Below, piece by piece: positions 26,436-40,609 of a stretch of DNA of 64,000 nt. Where the stretch lies: the NCBI RefSeq assembly GCF_040956055.1, contig NC_090911.1:1460830-1524829 (forward strand). The letters run 5' to 3'. Position 1 is the first letter of the stretch. Every line of letters begins with the position of its first letter. This stretch comes from Brachionichthys hirsutus (taxonomy: Eukaryota). The notes below the pieces were generated by a model. That model was not told where the DNA came from, did not search any database, and saw only the letters and a program-made list of their open reading frames with translations. Position numbers and translations under genes: made by a program.

Positions 26436-27839
26436 ATAGTGAATGTGTTGAATTCAAGTCCATAATGAGGCTAGAACTTAAACGTGGGTCAATCAGCACC
26501 TTCTCAGACGTGGTTCTGCAGCACTAAAATCTAGGAGCTCAAACATCTCAGCTGTTTGTGCTGCATCTCAAGCATCCAGAGCAGAATGTGAAAGAGAACT
26601 TAGTTTAGTGAAGCGTATTAAAGTAGCACCCAGAAATGGTCTGGAAGTGTTTGGACCAGTCGATGCATAAAGTCAAAGCTGCAGGCAGACGAGGACGTCA
26701 ACCTGGACAACGTGTCCAACCGTTGGAGACGTGAGAAGTACACAGGACACATGAGGTTATATACTGTATTCTGGAGACGAGGAGTTCCACATGAATGGAT
26801 GAATGGATGAATGAATGAATTTTGTTTTCGAACATGTATAAAAATATGTAAGTATTTGTACATACAAAAGAAAGAAATACTAATAAAAAACAAAAGACAT
26901 AACAAAACGCAGAACATTGTTCAAAAAATGAGTAGGAAGAAGTGGAATACTTATTTAAAAAAATGTCTACCCTATTATTCAGTTTATAGCAAAATATTCA
27001 ACATAAATACTTGCATTAATAAACCAAAAAATACTATTATATATAAATCACCCATCATCCACAGTTAACACCTTTCCTCTTCTGTATACTTGTTTAGAAA
27101 AACAAATGTTGTACCTCCTTTGCTTGTTAATTTTATGTTTTATTTGTTGATTTATCTCTTGTTTTTATGTTTTTTTTATACTCTTGTGCACTTTGAGGTT
27201 TGCTTTCAAATATAAAGTGCGTTCAACATAAAATGTATTATTATGACGTTGCTCACATTTGTCCGAGGGTCTGCTCAGGGAGTTTGTGTGTTTGCTCAGA
27301 CACACGAAAAATTAGAGGGAACACACCAAACATTGTTTGTTAAAATCAGACCATTTCAACTGATGGAAAAACACAATAAAATCTGTATGATCCCGAATCC
27401 AACACGGGTAATATTGATTTCATCCAACTCTAAAGTCAAACATACTTTTTTCAAACACAGCAATAAGAAGTGATGGCTATGAGATGTTGTGAAATGTTTC
27501 TCTGCTTGCGCAAGATAAAAGGAATCTTCCACACACAAGTAGGTAAGTGGCTTTGAGAACACTTTAAATTCTAACCTCTTTTCAGCATTTTTTACAATCG
27601 AAAACTCAAAAGACATTCTTAAGATAGCATTAATTGAATAAAAAAATAAATATAAAATTCACGGGCCTCAATCACATAAAATTTCGTTCTGCGGGCCACA
27701 AATTATCATCCAAAGGGCCGCAAGTGGCCCGCGGGCCATGAGTTTGGGGCCCCTGAGCATTAAAAACTAGGGCAGCGCTAAAAGGAGAGTGAAAATTATG
27801 GCGTGTCCAGGTCTCTAATGGAAACATGACTCAAAGCCA

Positions 27840-28170
27840 ATGTCAGAGTTTTCTGTCTGTTTGTCTGTCCGAGCGCATAAGTCAAAAACTAGTAACCCAA
27901 TCGACTTGAAAATTTTACACAAGCAAGGTTCTGTCCGTGGCTCGGTCCTCCCCGAGAATGGCGTTGATCCGGATCTGGATCCAGATTCTAGAATTATTTT
28001 TACATCTGGAATTGTACCTGTGCTGTAAACTGCCACTTTAAGAGGGAGGGACACGAATGGCATGATGGGAAAAAGAGTCCAGAAGGAGTCTTGTAGTACG
28101 TTCCGGAGCAGCAAGCTAGAGCAGGTTTGGCCCCTCTGATCCGGAAGCCCTGTTTACTGTCTCACAAGTT
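27840..28170 (+). repeat. copy 1 of a two-copy dispersed repeat of about 330 bp
   Basis: Positions 27850-27960 match 29205-29320 (…cgcataa[gc]tcaaaaactagtaacccaatcgacttgaaa.ttttacacaagcaaggttctgtccgtggctc…). Positions 28100-28170 match 29385-29455. Confidence 0.75.
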
Positions 28171-29149
28171 CAAATAGTCTTTTGGAGGCGGGGTCTGCAA
28201 TCTCTGATTGTCGTTTTCTAGTTTCTATTATATTATAACCCCCAGAAATAATCTGACATTTAGAATCATCCTGTAAAAATCCTCTGCGTATTAACTGGAT
28301 ATACTCTTGCAAAAAAAAGGTTACAAACATATTATCCACCTGTGTCACCCCTGAGTGTGCAAAAAAGCCCCCCTCTGGCTTGGAATAATATATCCAAACA
28401 GGATTGCACAGGATTGTTACCCTCGCCGAAGCCTCGAGTGAATATGTCATGAGGTTTTGGCAGAACCCCCCCCCCCCAAAAAAACATGGAGTTTATTTTA
28501 AGTTGTGAATTTAAAGCCGTCTGCTCTGAGCTAATCCGAAAGAAAAACGAAACAAGACTACCGGTATATACAAATATAGATCATGTGATGATGTGCAATG
28601 GCTTGTTTAACTGTGGTATTAAGTTTCAAGATATATCTCATTATTTCTCTTTTGTTGCTTGTTTGAATGTCTTGAGTTATTACCACATCAAACTGTGGGA
28701 GACTGTCATTGTTTGAGGGGATTTATATTTTAAACTAATTCAGCACAAATCCAGTCCTGTTATTTCCTTTGGTTCAGGGTTGTTGTTGTTGTTGTTTTTA
28801 TCTCTACAAGAATATGTGCGTCACAACAGAAAACCCAAACTTTTTTTTTGCAATCATCTGATGATGTGAATTTATATAAGACAACGCTGTCTGATATGTG
28901 TGTCACAAAAGCTGCATTTTATGGTCTCAGTTATCGAATTTGGTTTGTAAAAAAAATACATAAAAACACACAAAAAGAGCAGTTAATAAAGAAATAAATC
29001 TTTGTTTCTTTCACGGTCGATCCATAATTTCCCGTTTATCTTTGTCTCCATAATAATAAAATGTGAAAGCCACCCTCTGCTCAGCTCTCCTTGCTTTTTG
29101 TGTCTTCCGGAACAACTCCCCTCGGAGGCAGCTCAGATTTTCTCTTGTT

Positions 29150-29460
29150 ACCCTCGCCGAAGGGGAGGCGAGGGTATTGCAATTGGGTCCGTTTGTCTGT
29201 CTGTTTGTTTGTCTGTCTGTTTGTCTGTCCGCGCGCATAACTCAAAAACTAGTAACCCAATCGACTTGAAATTTTTACACAAGCAAGGTTCTGTCCGTGG
29301 CTCTGTCCTCCCCGGGAATGGGGGAGGAATTCTAGTTTCATATATGTTACAGTTCAACAGTTGTAGTTGTATCTTTTCCTGTTCCGGAGCAGCAAGCTAG
29401 CGCAGGTTTGGCCCCTCTGATCCGGAAGCCCTGTTTACTGTCTCACAAGATGGAATAGTC
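29150..29460 (+). repeat. copy 2 of the same dispersed repeat
   Basis: It aligns with 27840-28170. Related fragments appear at 46960-47060 and 49050-49110. Confidence 0.75.
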
Positions 29461-32400
29461 TATTGGAGGCGAGGGTCTGCAGTCTCTGATTGTCTTTTTC
29501 TAGTTAATGTTTGTGAAAGGTATGTTTTTAGACATGCTAACACTCTGTGACTCTGCACACTTAAATGCATCAAGTCATCTTAAATCCCGAATATAAACAT
29601 GAGCAATAAAGTATGTATTTAAGATATAACTTCTACGATGCACCAGAACAGCAGTATTAAATTGTGTTCATCAAAAGTTTATTTGATGCAGAGAAAAGTG
29701 CATGAAACAGATGACTGTTAGTTACAAATCCCCAAAAAAAACACTTAATGGAAGAGGCAATACACTAAAACCTTTAAAAACAAATTAATGACAAAATCAT
29801 GTGAAATTTAGGTCAGATTACAACTTTAATTCCACATGAACATTTTTGATTTTGTGATGAAAGCAAGGTAAAAAGCCTCATTTTGAGATTATCTCTTTCA
29901 AACTAATATATCCTAAGTCTCGGAACATCCATAAAATGTCGAGCCAACCCAAAAGTCGACTTTTATCCTCTTTTTCCAAACATTTGAACTTGCAGTAATG
30001 TTTTCAGCAGATTCAACAGCTGTGTCAAAATGAACAAATGTGTTTCGATCAAAATATAAAAGACTATATGAGTTATAACCTCTATAGAAACACAGTGTTA
30101 CCATGTGAATGCTTAAGTTACATCAACAATATGAGCATCTGGTGAAATAATCGCTGATTCACTGGTAATGATGATCAACAACCTGATCGACCTTCCAAAG
30201 ACCTATTAAGATAATTCTGCATGAAAGAGCACAAGTCTTGTTTGAGATGCCCTTAAAAGTCACATTTATTGGAATAAATGCTGTAATCAGTGATCAGATG
30301 AACTGTGAGTCAACATTTTTTACAATGAGAACACCAGCTGAGACCGAGTATGAAGCACGATTCCCCAGCTCAGGCTCCATGACAGTAATGATTAAAACAA
30401 GCTCCCCATCTCCTCACAAAGCCACATTTCCACCCCCTGTGCAGCACTTTTCATTCCAGCCACATTACATAAATCAGCGGAATGCTGAAGTGGAAACGAA
30501 GAGGGGGGAAACATCACAGGAATCATGTGGCGAAGCGTTCACTAAAGCAGCATATCTATTAATTGGCTCCCTCAAATCGGTGTTGTGCAATCAACACAAA
30601 TGACGTTGTAACATTATTACTATGATTAAGTTGAGCTTTCAAGTTGTAACTTTAGCTTGAATTTTTGGTTTTAATGATGACTTGTCAGCCATTCAGAATA
30701 ACTATAATACATACTTTATGGTGCACACAACTTCATTCCGTGAGTTTATTGGATGCTAACTTAGACCTGGTGTTTTCACTGTTAACAACCACAGATTAGG
30801 ATATCACATATTTTTAACTAGAATAGCACTCACAGAGCTCAGACGTCCTCCATGCACCTCAGTTACCCTCCGTAAATAATAGTCAAACATTTATTGTAGT
30901 ATCTATGGTTTTAGATTACTTGACCATGAAAGCATACCTTTAGTGATTGAATTCAATTTGATATCTTTATTAGTTCAGTAGTTATTCACAAAAATCACTT
31001 ATTTGGTACATGCCAGTTTTCGTTTGGATCTAGCACCAAATGAGTCTGTTCGCACACTTCTGATTCCTCAGTGTTTTAGATATATTTTGGTGTTTATTTC
31101 ATGTCTATGTCTTATTTTGTTCCCTTGCAGTGATGAAAATTCCAAAGATCCATTATTTTTTTCTTGATCTGGATCATAGCACCTGGAATTATGCCAGGAG
31201 CCAGATCAATCTTTGATATCCTGTAGAGATCCTCTTGGGAATTTATCCTGTATTGTGTGTTGAAAATATTCTGTCAATGATAAAGAATCATTGAAACAAT
31301 TTCTGGAGCTGGACGGTGATCCAGATTGCCTCTAAAATCTCTCTGTCACTCTTTTCCTGTACCTGTCCTTGTCTTTGTCTTTCTACCGCTGTCTTTCTCT
31401 CTCTCTCTCCATCTCAACTCAGCCGGTCAGACAGATGGCCGCCCACCATGAGCCTAGGACCCTAGGTTCTGTCCAAGGTTTCTGCCTGATAAAAGGGAGT
31501 GTTTTCTTGCCTCCGTTACCAAAGTGTTTGCTCTTGTGTGTCAAGTTGGGTTCTGTCTTTCCCTGCTAATCCTGTAAAGTGCCTTAACTTTCTGCTATGC
31601 TCTAGCACTATAGAAATAAAACGGAATTGAAAATTGAATTGAATTAATCGCTTGTTCTGAGGCGAAAAATCCCAAAGATTTCATCAAAAACCCTCCACAA
31701 TTTTTGAGTTATGTTGCTAACAAACAACCAGATAAATAGTGACAAAAACACAACCTCCTTGGTAGAGGTAACAAAAAAAAATTCATTATAAATATGCAGT
31801 ATAATGGATGGTGAGCTTTAATTTACTGTTGACATGATCCCAACCAATGCAAACGTTTTAGGCATAAAGATTCTATACTATAGTATACTTTTTTCCAAAG
31901 AAATGTTCAAATCTCTTCAAATCTCCACTTCTTGTATTAAAATGTCGGGTTCTATAAACATGCAAATACTTCTTTCCATTTCAAAAGTTTAACAGCTGGA
32001 CACAATATGTTTTCTACATCACATCCATTGAGTTTGTTGGAGGTTTCAGGTTTCCACATCAACTTGTGCAACATTCACGATTTGCCCCCAAACGTCACGT
32101 TCCAAAAACCGTGCTTGTGTGATCAAATTAGCTTGAAGAAGAGAGCAGAGAAACTATTTCCTCTCCAGCAGATGGAGATGAAAACAGTGTCAAATCATAA
32201 ATATTGACGGGAGAGCACACAAGTTAAGCAGCAAGACATAAGACGTTTGTGGTTAGTTGGATGTTTTTGATGTTGTATCTCTTTTGCTATCACAATAGGG
32301 ACTTTTGCATAATTTCATTACAGTTTACTACACACTATTGTGATATTTGAACGGGTATTACTATAGCAATATATATATATACATATATTGTATTTTCTGT

Positions 32401-33107
32401 TGTAACCCTGTATTTCAGTACAGGCTTATAAGTTTTTATGTTTTTTTAACTCTTTACTGACTGTGTAAAGGATTCGAGGGTAAAGACTATACTAAATAAA
32501 GCCCTCTACTCCATCAGGAGGTGGACTCCTCGTGCCTCCCTCATTTGTATAAATCCCATCAAAATTTGGGCACACTCTTTGAGAGCCTGTCAAACATCTG
32601 GACCCTTCTTTACACCGATAAGACTTACATAAATACACAAAGGAGGCAAACAAGCAGAGGAACCTTTAATCTGCATATCTGATTACACAATGAAACTGCA
32701 AGTCAACGTTGTATTTCTGATTCCCGCAATGATGCACAGAGCTGTAAACAAATCCTCTGGGACAGTGCTCCAAACGAAACCAGATGGGTGCAAACAATTC
32801 ACAAAAGGACTCATTCTCCAAGAAAAATTGGGACATTGTACGGCTTTCATCCGCTAACTCAGTACAGAAAACAGCTGCTACTGGTTTGTTCTGCTTGCCA
32901 TCCACTCGCCTCTCTTACACCTGCAGGGCAGTCGTTCAGAAATAATAATGATCTTTTTTTCACAGCGCATTTAGTGACTTATGATATTATTAGTGTTATT
33001 GTTAATCAGGGTTAAATTGAACATTAGTTACCAACCCAGCCATGAATTCATGACATACCATGCTTATAACCTCGTTTACTCATTAGCAGGGTCATAAAAT
33101 AAGATTA

Positions 33108-33110
33108 CTG

Positions 33111-33141
<31 letters not shown>

Positions 33142-33350
33142 ATGAGTGATTGTCTGTCTTTGTGTGGCCCCTCGATGAGCTGGCGTCTCATCCAGAGTGT
33201 ACCCCGCCTCTCGACCATAGCTGAGATAGACTCCAGCAACACCGAGACCCACAAGGCAGATAAAGCAGCTGTAGATGAGACGACTGAGAAAAGGGATGGA
33301 TGGATGGATGGACGGACGGATGGATGGATTGATGGATGGATGGACACTCA
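33108..33350. repeat. (ACT)n microsatellite, a SINE-tail fragment and a (GGAT/GGAC)n microsatellite
   Basis: The sequence shows ctactactactac…, then tgtgtggcccctcgatgagctggcgtctcatccagagtgtaccccgcc, then ggatggatggatggacggacggatgg. Confidence 0.7.
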
Positions 33351-34379
33351 TGGGGCAAATCAGGCCAGAAATTATTTCAGCTTTCAGTGAAAAAGATATT
33401 GTGCTCACTTTGTGTGCACAATCACTTAGCATGCTGAAATCACTATGACATCAAAAGTAAAGTATTTAAGAAAACCTTTAGACTCGGGTCACTTTTCCAC
33501 CAAATTGTTTAAACATGGCCTTATTATTTACATGGCATGAGCCCACTAAATACAGGAATCAGTAATAAATAAATGTGGGACAGCATCATTTATTTATTTT
33601 TATTTCATTGTTCTGTTCTCTAAAAGCAGAATGTGTCTAATGTCTTGTCCACTCTCTAAATGTCTTTGTCGTCATAAGAGCAGTGTCGCCTCCTGGCTGA
33701 TTGTGGTAACACAACAGCCTCTGCCCCTTTCCAACATGTATGCAATAAAAATACAGAAGAATTGGAAAAATTATACAGTGTGATTTACAAATGTATTTTG
33801 ACATGAAAGAAAATGTCGAAGATTAATGTTGCAAAAATTGCTCACTGTTACCCTGTTCTTTCCTCATTATTTCACGTGAAACCTAACCCTAAACCTGACC
33901 ACATAAAGTCACTGCCAATAAAATATGAAAGTATGACGCACGCCATTGGGCTGACAGCCACTTAGGCAGTCGTCATGACATTTTAATAGGCCAGTTTGAC
34001 TGTTCAAAAGCACAAGGCAATAATAAAATAAATAAAAAACAATAAAAAAAATAAACATCGGTGTGTTTTTTTAAAGACCGATTGTCATTATAAAGGAGTT
34101 TAATGTAGTGTTGATCATTCTAATGTATAGAGTTTATAAGTGTAACGTAACTGTAAGGTGAAGCTGCCAGCATTAGTAGTAATTATTTTCGGATCAACAA
34201 AAATAAAATATAAAAACTAACAATGACATTATTTACAAGTAATTCATCTCTCCATTTGCTTGTGTGTGATAAAATACATCAAAGTAAAAGTATCTGAAAG
34301 TTAAACAAGTCGCGGTTAAAGGCAGAATTGATTTTCAAAGACAATAACATTTAAAACTGCAGGAGTCTGGAGTCTGGAG

Positions 34380-34545
34380 TGACCCCGCTCCCTCTGGCTA
34401 CTCTGCGCAACAAAACCAGCGCCCCTCCCCGCCAATGCGCCGACTCGGTGCGTTATCTCGCTGACGAGGGGAGCTAGCTTGTTGCTAAGGGGCTCGGATC
34501 GCTTGACTTAAACCAGGTCGTTTTACTCGTAAAGATCGCGGTGAG
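34380..34545 (+). promoter_or_regulatory. CpG-rich putative promoter with a possible non-coding first exon ending at donor cgcg|gtgagtatt
   Basis: The segment has a CCAAT box (cgccaatgcg), high CpG density, and a GTGAGT donor around 34541. It may be an upstream alternative 5' exon of the downstream hnRNP C-like gene. Confidence 0.35.
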
Positions 34546-36280
34546 TATTTTGGTCCGAGATATTTTTCTTTTTTCCTTCCTTTTTGTTTTGGGACATTTT
34601 CCGACGATGCTTTTTGTTTTGTTTTTTATTTTGCCAGTGGACAGAGCATAATATACGCCAGCCAGCGTCATAGCTAGCTTGGCTAATTTCGGGACGCGCA
34701 CTCCACGAAAACATAGCGGTGGTCGTGCTTTTAAAAATGCGCCTTGGATTATTTTTAGCTCCAGTTTCATACATTTTTGAGGTTCTGTGGTTTTGTTTTT
34801 TGCAGCATGTAAGACTTCGTTGATGGGACTGCTGTGTCTTTGCACGCTCTCATCCAGCTCCCAGCTAGGTTAGCGCTAGCTAAGAATATGAGTGTCTCTT
34901 GGTTTCATAGCCGTGGCCTGATCCTTATCCGTTATCGATCTCGTATTCTCCACTACAAATTCAAGACCTGTCTGCAGGTTTTCCAAGCAGATGAGCTGAG
35001 TTTACTGCATTGTATTTTTGTTCTTTTAATTTCGTGGTTGGCTAACGTCGGCCATGCTAGCCGATGCTAGCACAGGGCCTGTGTTTTACACGAAAGCCTG
35101 ATGGTGGCGCTGTCGACCTTCCATGCTGGTGTGTTGTCCATGTTTTAGGTAATTTTATATACCGGTAATCGCGATATTTTGCTTTTCTCATGCAGCCAAA
35201 GCTGTATTTAGTTTAGTTTTTTGTTGGGTATATTTCTCATGATGAATAATTGTTTTTCCTGATTTTGGAAGCTCTGGATTGCCTTCAGTTTTTTATTGTA
35301 TATTTTCACGTTATAATAATCAAGCGGGTATCAAAGAATATTGTTTTTTCAGGTGCATCTAAATCAACTTTGTCTCTAAACCCGCATAGATTCAAGACAC
35401 AATCATAAATATCCATTCCAGTCTTCATTGCTAAATGCTATTATTGCAATTGCCATAATAAAAACCCTGTCTGCATATTTTCTGACAGTATAGAAGCTCG
35501 GCTCTAGTATTATAATTATTGGATTAGCAACAGAACTTTGTAGTGAATCCCAACATGGTTATAGCCTGAAATAAATTGGACTGAGTGGCAGAACTTTATG
35601 AACCGTTTCCAAAGAAACATCAAACAAGTCATTGCAGATTGTGGTACGAGTGTCATCAATACCGCAACATAAAGTAAAGATTTAATTAAATCTCATCAGA
35701 GCATATGGTCGTTCAACTTGATCCTCTGCTGGGATCAATCCTAAATGGCTTGAACTACGAGGTTACACTGAGAGTACTGTTTATCCGACCTACACATCAC
35801 CGATACGAGACGTGCGTCTCTATGGTGCGTTCAAGTGAGCAGGATAAGCAAACCATGGAGGACCACAATGCAGAGTCTGTTCAATGGGGGGGGGGGGGCA
35901 GCTCTATTCAGAACGAGGGGCCTTTTCGGAACCGGGCGGTGTTTGAAACCTTTTTAATCTTCTTTAAAATACGGCACTCTTGGCGTTCACGCAGGAGATC
36001 ACATACGAGTCACGTCACGAACTCGCAAAAAAAAAAAACGGATTTCACAAGAAACTCCAAATTGAGCATTAAGCCCTGCAGTGTGAACTCGGCCTTAGAG
36101 TCCACCTAATGCACCTCTTTGTCCACCTTCCACGTTGTTTCACCCCCAAGTGGCTAGTATTATTAGATTAATTGTTTTAAATCTTGGAGGCGCATGCTTT
36201 TTCGTGTCGCTGTGTCTTTTCACTGACCCGTGTCCTACAGCCAGCTCAGTTTGACTGAGGTGTGTTTTCTGTCCCCACAG

Positions 36281-36366
36281 TATAAATCGTGAGGAGAGAA
36301 GGTGAAGGTCCAGACACTAGCCCACCGTGTCAGACGACACCCCAGCCAGCACACAGACGCTATGGA
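36281..36366 (+). promoter_or_regulatory. TATA box (tataaatc, 36281-36288) and non-coding exon 1 of the hnRNP C-like gene, ending at donor 36367 gtgagt
   Basis: The TATAAAT sits about 25-30 bp upstream of a plausible transcription start. A GTGAGT donor follows. The ATG lies in the next exon, which has a good acceptor (cccgatag|). Confidence 0.5.
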
Positions 36367-36498
36367 GTGAGTGAATGTTTGACCCCGTTTTCCGGGGCGA
36401 GTTCCTCTTCGTGTCGTTGCTTTAGTGCTGCTGGCGCCGTCCACTTTGGCGGAATCCCTAAATCACGGAATGACACCAGAAAAGACGAGTGAATTTGA

Positions 36499-36879
<381 letters not shown>

Positions 36880-36946
36880 TAAAGCAAGTTTTTGGCCTGT
36901 AGTTTGCCCAATCTACTTCAAGATACCAATGTCAAACTGGGCGGGG

Positions 36947-37396
36947 GGGGGTCTACACCAGTGGTTCTCAAATGGTGGGGCGCGCCCCCCCAGGGGGGCG
37001 CGGTGCGATGTCAGGGGGGGCGCCTGTGATCGCGGAGAAAATGTTTTTTTGCCTTATGAGAGTAAAGTGTAATTGCACATCCACTCCAGTAGTTGGTAGT
37101 GGCGCCCTGATTGTCAGAGTGCGCGCAGGGAGGATTAGCAGAAGAAGAGCGGTTGTAAACAATCTACGGTGGGAGAAGAAGAAAGACCAGACTTCCTCAT
37201 TTTCTGTTGCAGACTAAACAAAATGGTAATAAAGTTATTCTTTGTTGTAAGTTGATCTATATTTCTTTCTTTTTCATATTTCTTTGTATGTTAATAAGGA
37301 TAGAAGAGTGGGGGGGTTTTTTCGGGGGGGGGGGCGAAATGTTTTTTTCTTCCTAGGGGGGGCGCGACAGAAAATAATTGAGAAGCACTGGTCTAC
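36947..37396. mobile_element. MITE-like non-autonomous DNA transposon in hnRNP C-like intron 1
   Basis: The element has terminal inverted repeats: gtctacaccagtggttctcaa at 36947 and ttgagaagcactggtctacac at 37375. Its interior is non-coding with poly-G and poly-C runs. Confidence 0.6.
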
Positions 37397-37429
37397 ACAT
37401 ACCTAAAACATGAATTTCTGGTAAATGGT

Positions 37430-37690
37430 AAATGGACTGCACTTGTAAAGCGCTTTTCCCACCTTTCCGGTGTTACATGAGGCCTCACATTCACCCATCC
37501 ACACACACATTCACCCTCCAGTGGGCGGCTGCTGCCATGCAAGGTGCTGCCAGACCCACTGGGAGACATTTGGGGTTCAGTGTCTTGCCCACGGACACTT
37601 TGACATGCGGACAGTCAGAGCTGGGATTCAAACCACCGATTTACTGACCACTCTACCAACTGAGCAACAGCCAATTTCTGGTGCACTTTT
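37430..37690 (-). mobile_element. teleost SINE (ggtaaatggactgcacttgtaaagcgcttt… body with the tRNA-like end at 37600-37680)
   Basis: It has the conserved SINE body shared by many fish genomes (…caatttggggttcagtgtcttgcccaaggacac…ggattcaaaccaccga…). Confidence 0.7.
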
Positions 37691-38693
37691 AATAATAATA
37701 AAATCTTTCTAACATCATTTCTTTGCTTTTTTCTTGAGAAATATCGGTAAGTCATGATCTTGGAATCTTTTCGCATAATCCCCCACTTCCTCATGGAAAC
37801 CTGCACTGCACCAGGGATTATCTTTTTCTAAGTTGCATATTGTTGGAGTTTCTCAAATTCCAGTTGGTACAATCATGTTAAACTCACGTTCTTGAGACGA
37901 GTGCTTTTGTTCTGGGCCTCATCGCATCATGTTACGGAGGTGAAACTCAAACTTCAAGAAGAGAAAACGGTGTAAACTAAATCTCAGGGCGGCACAAAGC
38001 CATGATGAGGCTGGACCCATTATTCCATTGTACCTAAAAGAGTCACATGATAGTTTGATGCTCAGAATGCCCCTTCTAGAGGAAAGCCCTGCTGCTACAG
38101 GTTTTATTGTTGTCATTGTTGTCATTAGTTTGATATTTATTCTCCAGTATCTGCCTCGGGAACCTTTTACACCGAACTGGTTCAGCACAGTTCAGACTAC
38201 AATTTCATCTCAGCTTCCAGTCTGTATCATTAGTACCGGTACTTGTTATCTCGCAGTACCAACCTTTCTGTGAGCCTTTGTAAATGTAAGCTTTCTGGAG
38301 ATCTGGAATATTAACTTGGCTCGAGATCAGAAGCCGATGTTGGCTTTTTTCTTGTGTGGAGGTCATCTTGTCGTTTTTGTCCAAAGCTTAATAGGCATCT
38401 ACAAAATGAGAAGCACAAATTAGTCGCAGCTAGTCCGCAATGGTAAAAATCTAATCTTTAAAAAAAGATTGGGCAACTACGCCTTCTCAAAAGGTTGCTC
38501 TGGATGTTTTCAATAGTCCTGCTAACCGAGAGAACCAGAATATAACCTCCTTGGCAGAGGCGTTAGTGGAGCATGGAGGGATAGCAGGCGCGAGTAAAAC
38601 ACATTTGGGTTGTGCTCCTCGGTTTCGAACGTTTTGGACATTAAGAGTTTGGATCTGAAACCCTCTCACTGATGTGTGTGTTTTTTTTGTCAG

Positions 38694-38766
38694 ACATCAA
38701 CCTGGCTGGTGAACCCAAACCCCAACGGCCCAAAACAAGCAAGCGTTCAGCTGGAGACATGTACAG
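38694..38766 (+). CDS. hnrnpc: hnRNP C-like exon (DINLAGEPKPQRPKTSKRSAGDMY…)
   Basis: The acceptor is ttttgtcag| and the donor is tacag|gtcggt. It joins in frame to the previous exon and matches hnRNP C DINLAAEPK…. Confidence 0.85.
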
Positions 38767-38912
38767 GTCGGTCACAGCATTGTTACTCCTGCAGAGACAA
38801 AAGAGCACGACAATCTGTCCGGGCATTGAGCCAGAAAAGTCAGCGTGAAATCTTTGTCTCCCCTCCTCCATACTTGCTGTCTTGGTCCCGCCTCATTCTT
38901 CTTCCCGAGCAG

Positions 38913-38963
38913 CGGCTCCTCCTTTGATCTGGAGTGTGACTTTCAGAGAGATTATTATGACAG
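38913..38963 (+). CDS. hnrnpc: hnRNP C-like exon (SGSSFDLECDFQRDYYD)
   Basis: The acceptor is cccgagcag| and the donor is gacag|gtgagt. It matches hnRNP C SSFDLDYDFQRDYYD. Confidence 0.85.
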
Positions 38964-39156
38964 GTGAGTTTAATAATCTCATCCGGCGGCTCACCTGTCT
39001 GGCACTGTTGGCTCTATTTCTTGAACTTCTGGTTGTGAAAGAAAACAGTGTTGCGTAATTTCAGTGTATCAACAAATACTAGAGCAGCAACAAACACAGT
39101 TCAGAATCCAGGACCGAGTTTAATCTGTCCTTTCGTTATTCCGTGCTCGAAACCAG

Positions 39157-39326
39157 AATGTACTCGTACCCATCCCGGGTTCCCGCTCTCCCTCCCCCCT
39201 TGTCACGGGCTGCGATCCCACCCAAGCGCCCGCGGATCAGCCTGAGTGGAGGAAGCAGCCGGCGTAACAAAACCAACTTCTCATCTTCCTCCAAGAGCAG
39301 TCCGAGGACCTCCTCGTCCAAAACAA
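39157..39326 (+). CDS. hnrnpc: hnRNP C-like exon (RMYSYPSRVPALPPPLSRAAIPPKRPRIS…SSSKT)
   Basis: The acceptor is cgaaaccag| and the donor is aca a|gtaaat. It matches hnRNP [29 protein letters not shown]. Confidence 0.85.
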
Positions 39327-39804
39327 GTAAATGTTCTGACTGCCTGTTGGATCATCTGGAGCTTTCTGGACCCATTAGCAGAAAAGAGACGGGCATCCAG
39401 GCAGACGACTAATGCGATGGAGTCGTACGAATGTTCACGTTGGACACGATCCTTTGTTGGAGATTAAAGTCAGGCCGACATGTGCCCTGCTTGATGAAAA
39501 GTCTGTGTTGGTATTTTGGGCCTGATGGCATTTGTCTCGCCTCTCTGCATTTCTTCCACTGCGTGTGTGATAGTGAAGCCCATTGTGCTGTCTGACAGGC
39601 AGTTGAGGCGCAGCATAGATTTGCTTTTACCGTTTAAAAAAAAATAGCTGCAGTCACATAACATAAAATTAGAGCTCGTTTGACTTCTGGAGTTAAACCA
39701 TTTCAGAGTTGAACTACCTAAACTGTAAAAAAAAAAAGAAGACTTTTTTAATAGTGTACATGTTGGAGACATTGTGTCTCCACCACTTTCTCTTTTCTCT
39801 GTAG

Positions 39805-39918
39805 TGAGAGTGGACGAGTTGCAGACAGTCAAGCGGGAGTTGACCCAAATCAAAAGCAAGGTGGACGACCTGCTGGAGAGCCTGGAGCGCATGGAGAAAG
39901 ACCACAACAAGAAGTCTG
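39805..39918 (+). CDS. hnrnpc: hnRNP C-like exon, coiled-coil/CLZ region (MRVDELQTVKRELTQIKSKVDDLLESLERMEKDHNKKS)
   Basis: The acceptor is tctctgtag| and the donor is tctg|gtaggg. It matches hnRNP [31 protein letters not shown]. Confidence 0.85.
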
Positions 39919-40075
39919 GTAGGGCGGAGGGGGGGGGTGTTAAGCAGAGAGAGCCTGTCCGCTGCATGGGTTTAAACTGAAACCTCCAGCCGAGCGATCA
40001 TGTTTCACAAATATAAAGCCGAAAGCACCGGCTGGTCCGGAACAAGCAACCGAACTTCACCGTCCTGTTTGGCAG

Positions 40076-40248
40076 GAGCTAAGAGCATCAAAACGGAGCC
40101 CGGAGAAGTGACCTCCCCGCCACGCCCAAGCCACAAAAAAGATGAGGGCCTGAAGAGAGACAGAGACAGTCAGGAGTTGAACGACTCGGATGAAGACGAC
40201 GACGACGACGAGGAGCTGGAGGAGGGAGACCTGCTGGAAGAGGAAGAG
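40076..40248 (+). CDS. hnrnpc: hnRNP C-like exon, acidic region (…KSIKTEPGEVTSPP…SDEDDDDDEELEEGDLLEEEE)
   Basis: The acceptor is tgtttggcag| and the donor is gaagag|gtgaga. It matches the acidic C-terminal region of hnRNP C (EEGDLLDDDD). Confidence 0.85.
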
Positions 40249-40609
40249 GTGAGATTGAAGGTCAAGTCAGACCATCGTAGCAGTCCCTCCAGGTTCCCAG
40301 CATAAACGGGGACGATCACTGGATGGTTTTTATTATTGACGATAGAATAAAGAAATGCCCGATCTGCTCCATGAAGCCACTTCAGCTCTGAGCTCAAACG
40401 TCTACTGGAGATCTGCATCTCTGTCCATGTGACGATTACTGCACGCCTGCTGGGGGGGGGTCACACATGGTCACACATCCTTGCTTTGTTGTTTGTTGGC
40501 CGCTGCTCAAATCTGTGACCATTTTTAATCTTTAGATGAGAATCTGTCATCTTGAAACGTATCTTTTCACAGGTGCTTTTATAAACGACTCGATATCTTC
40601 CGCCTCCAG

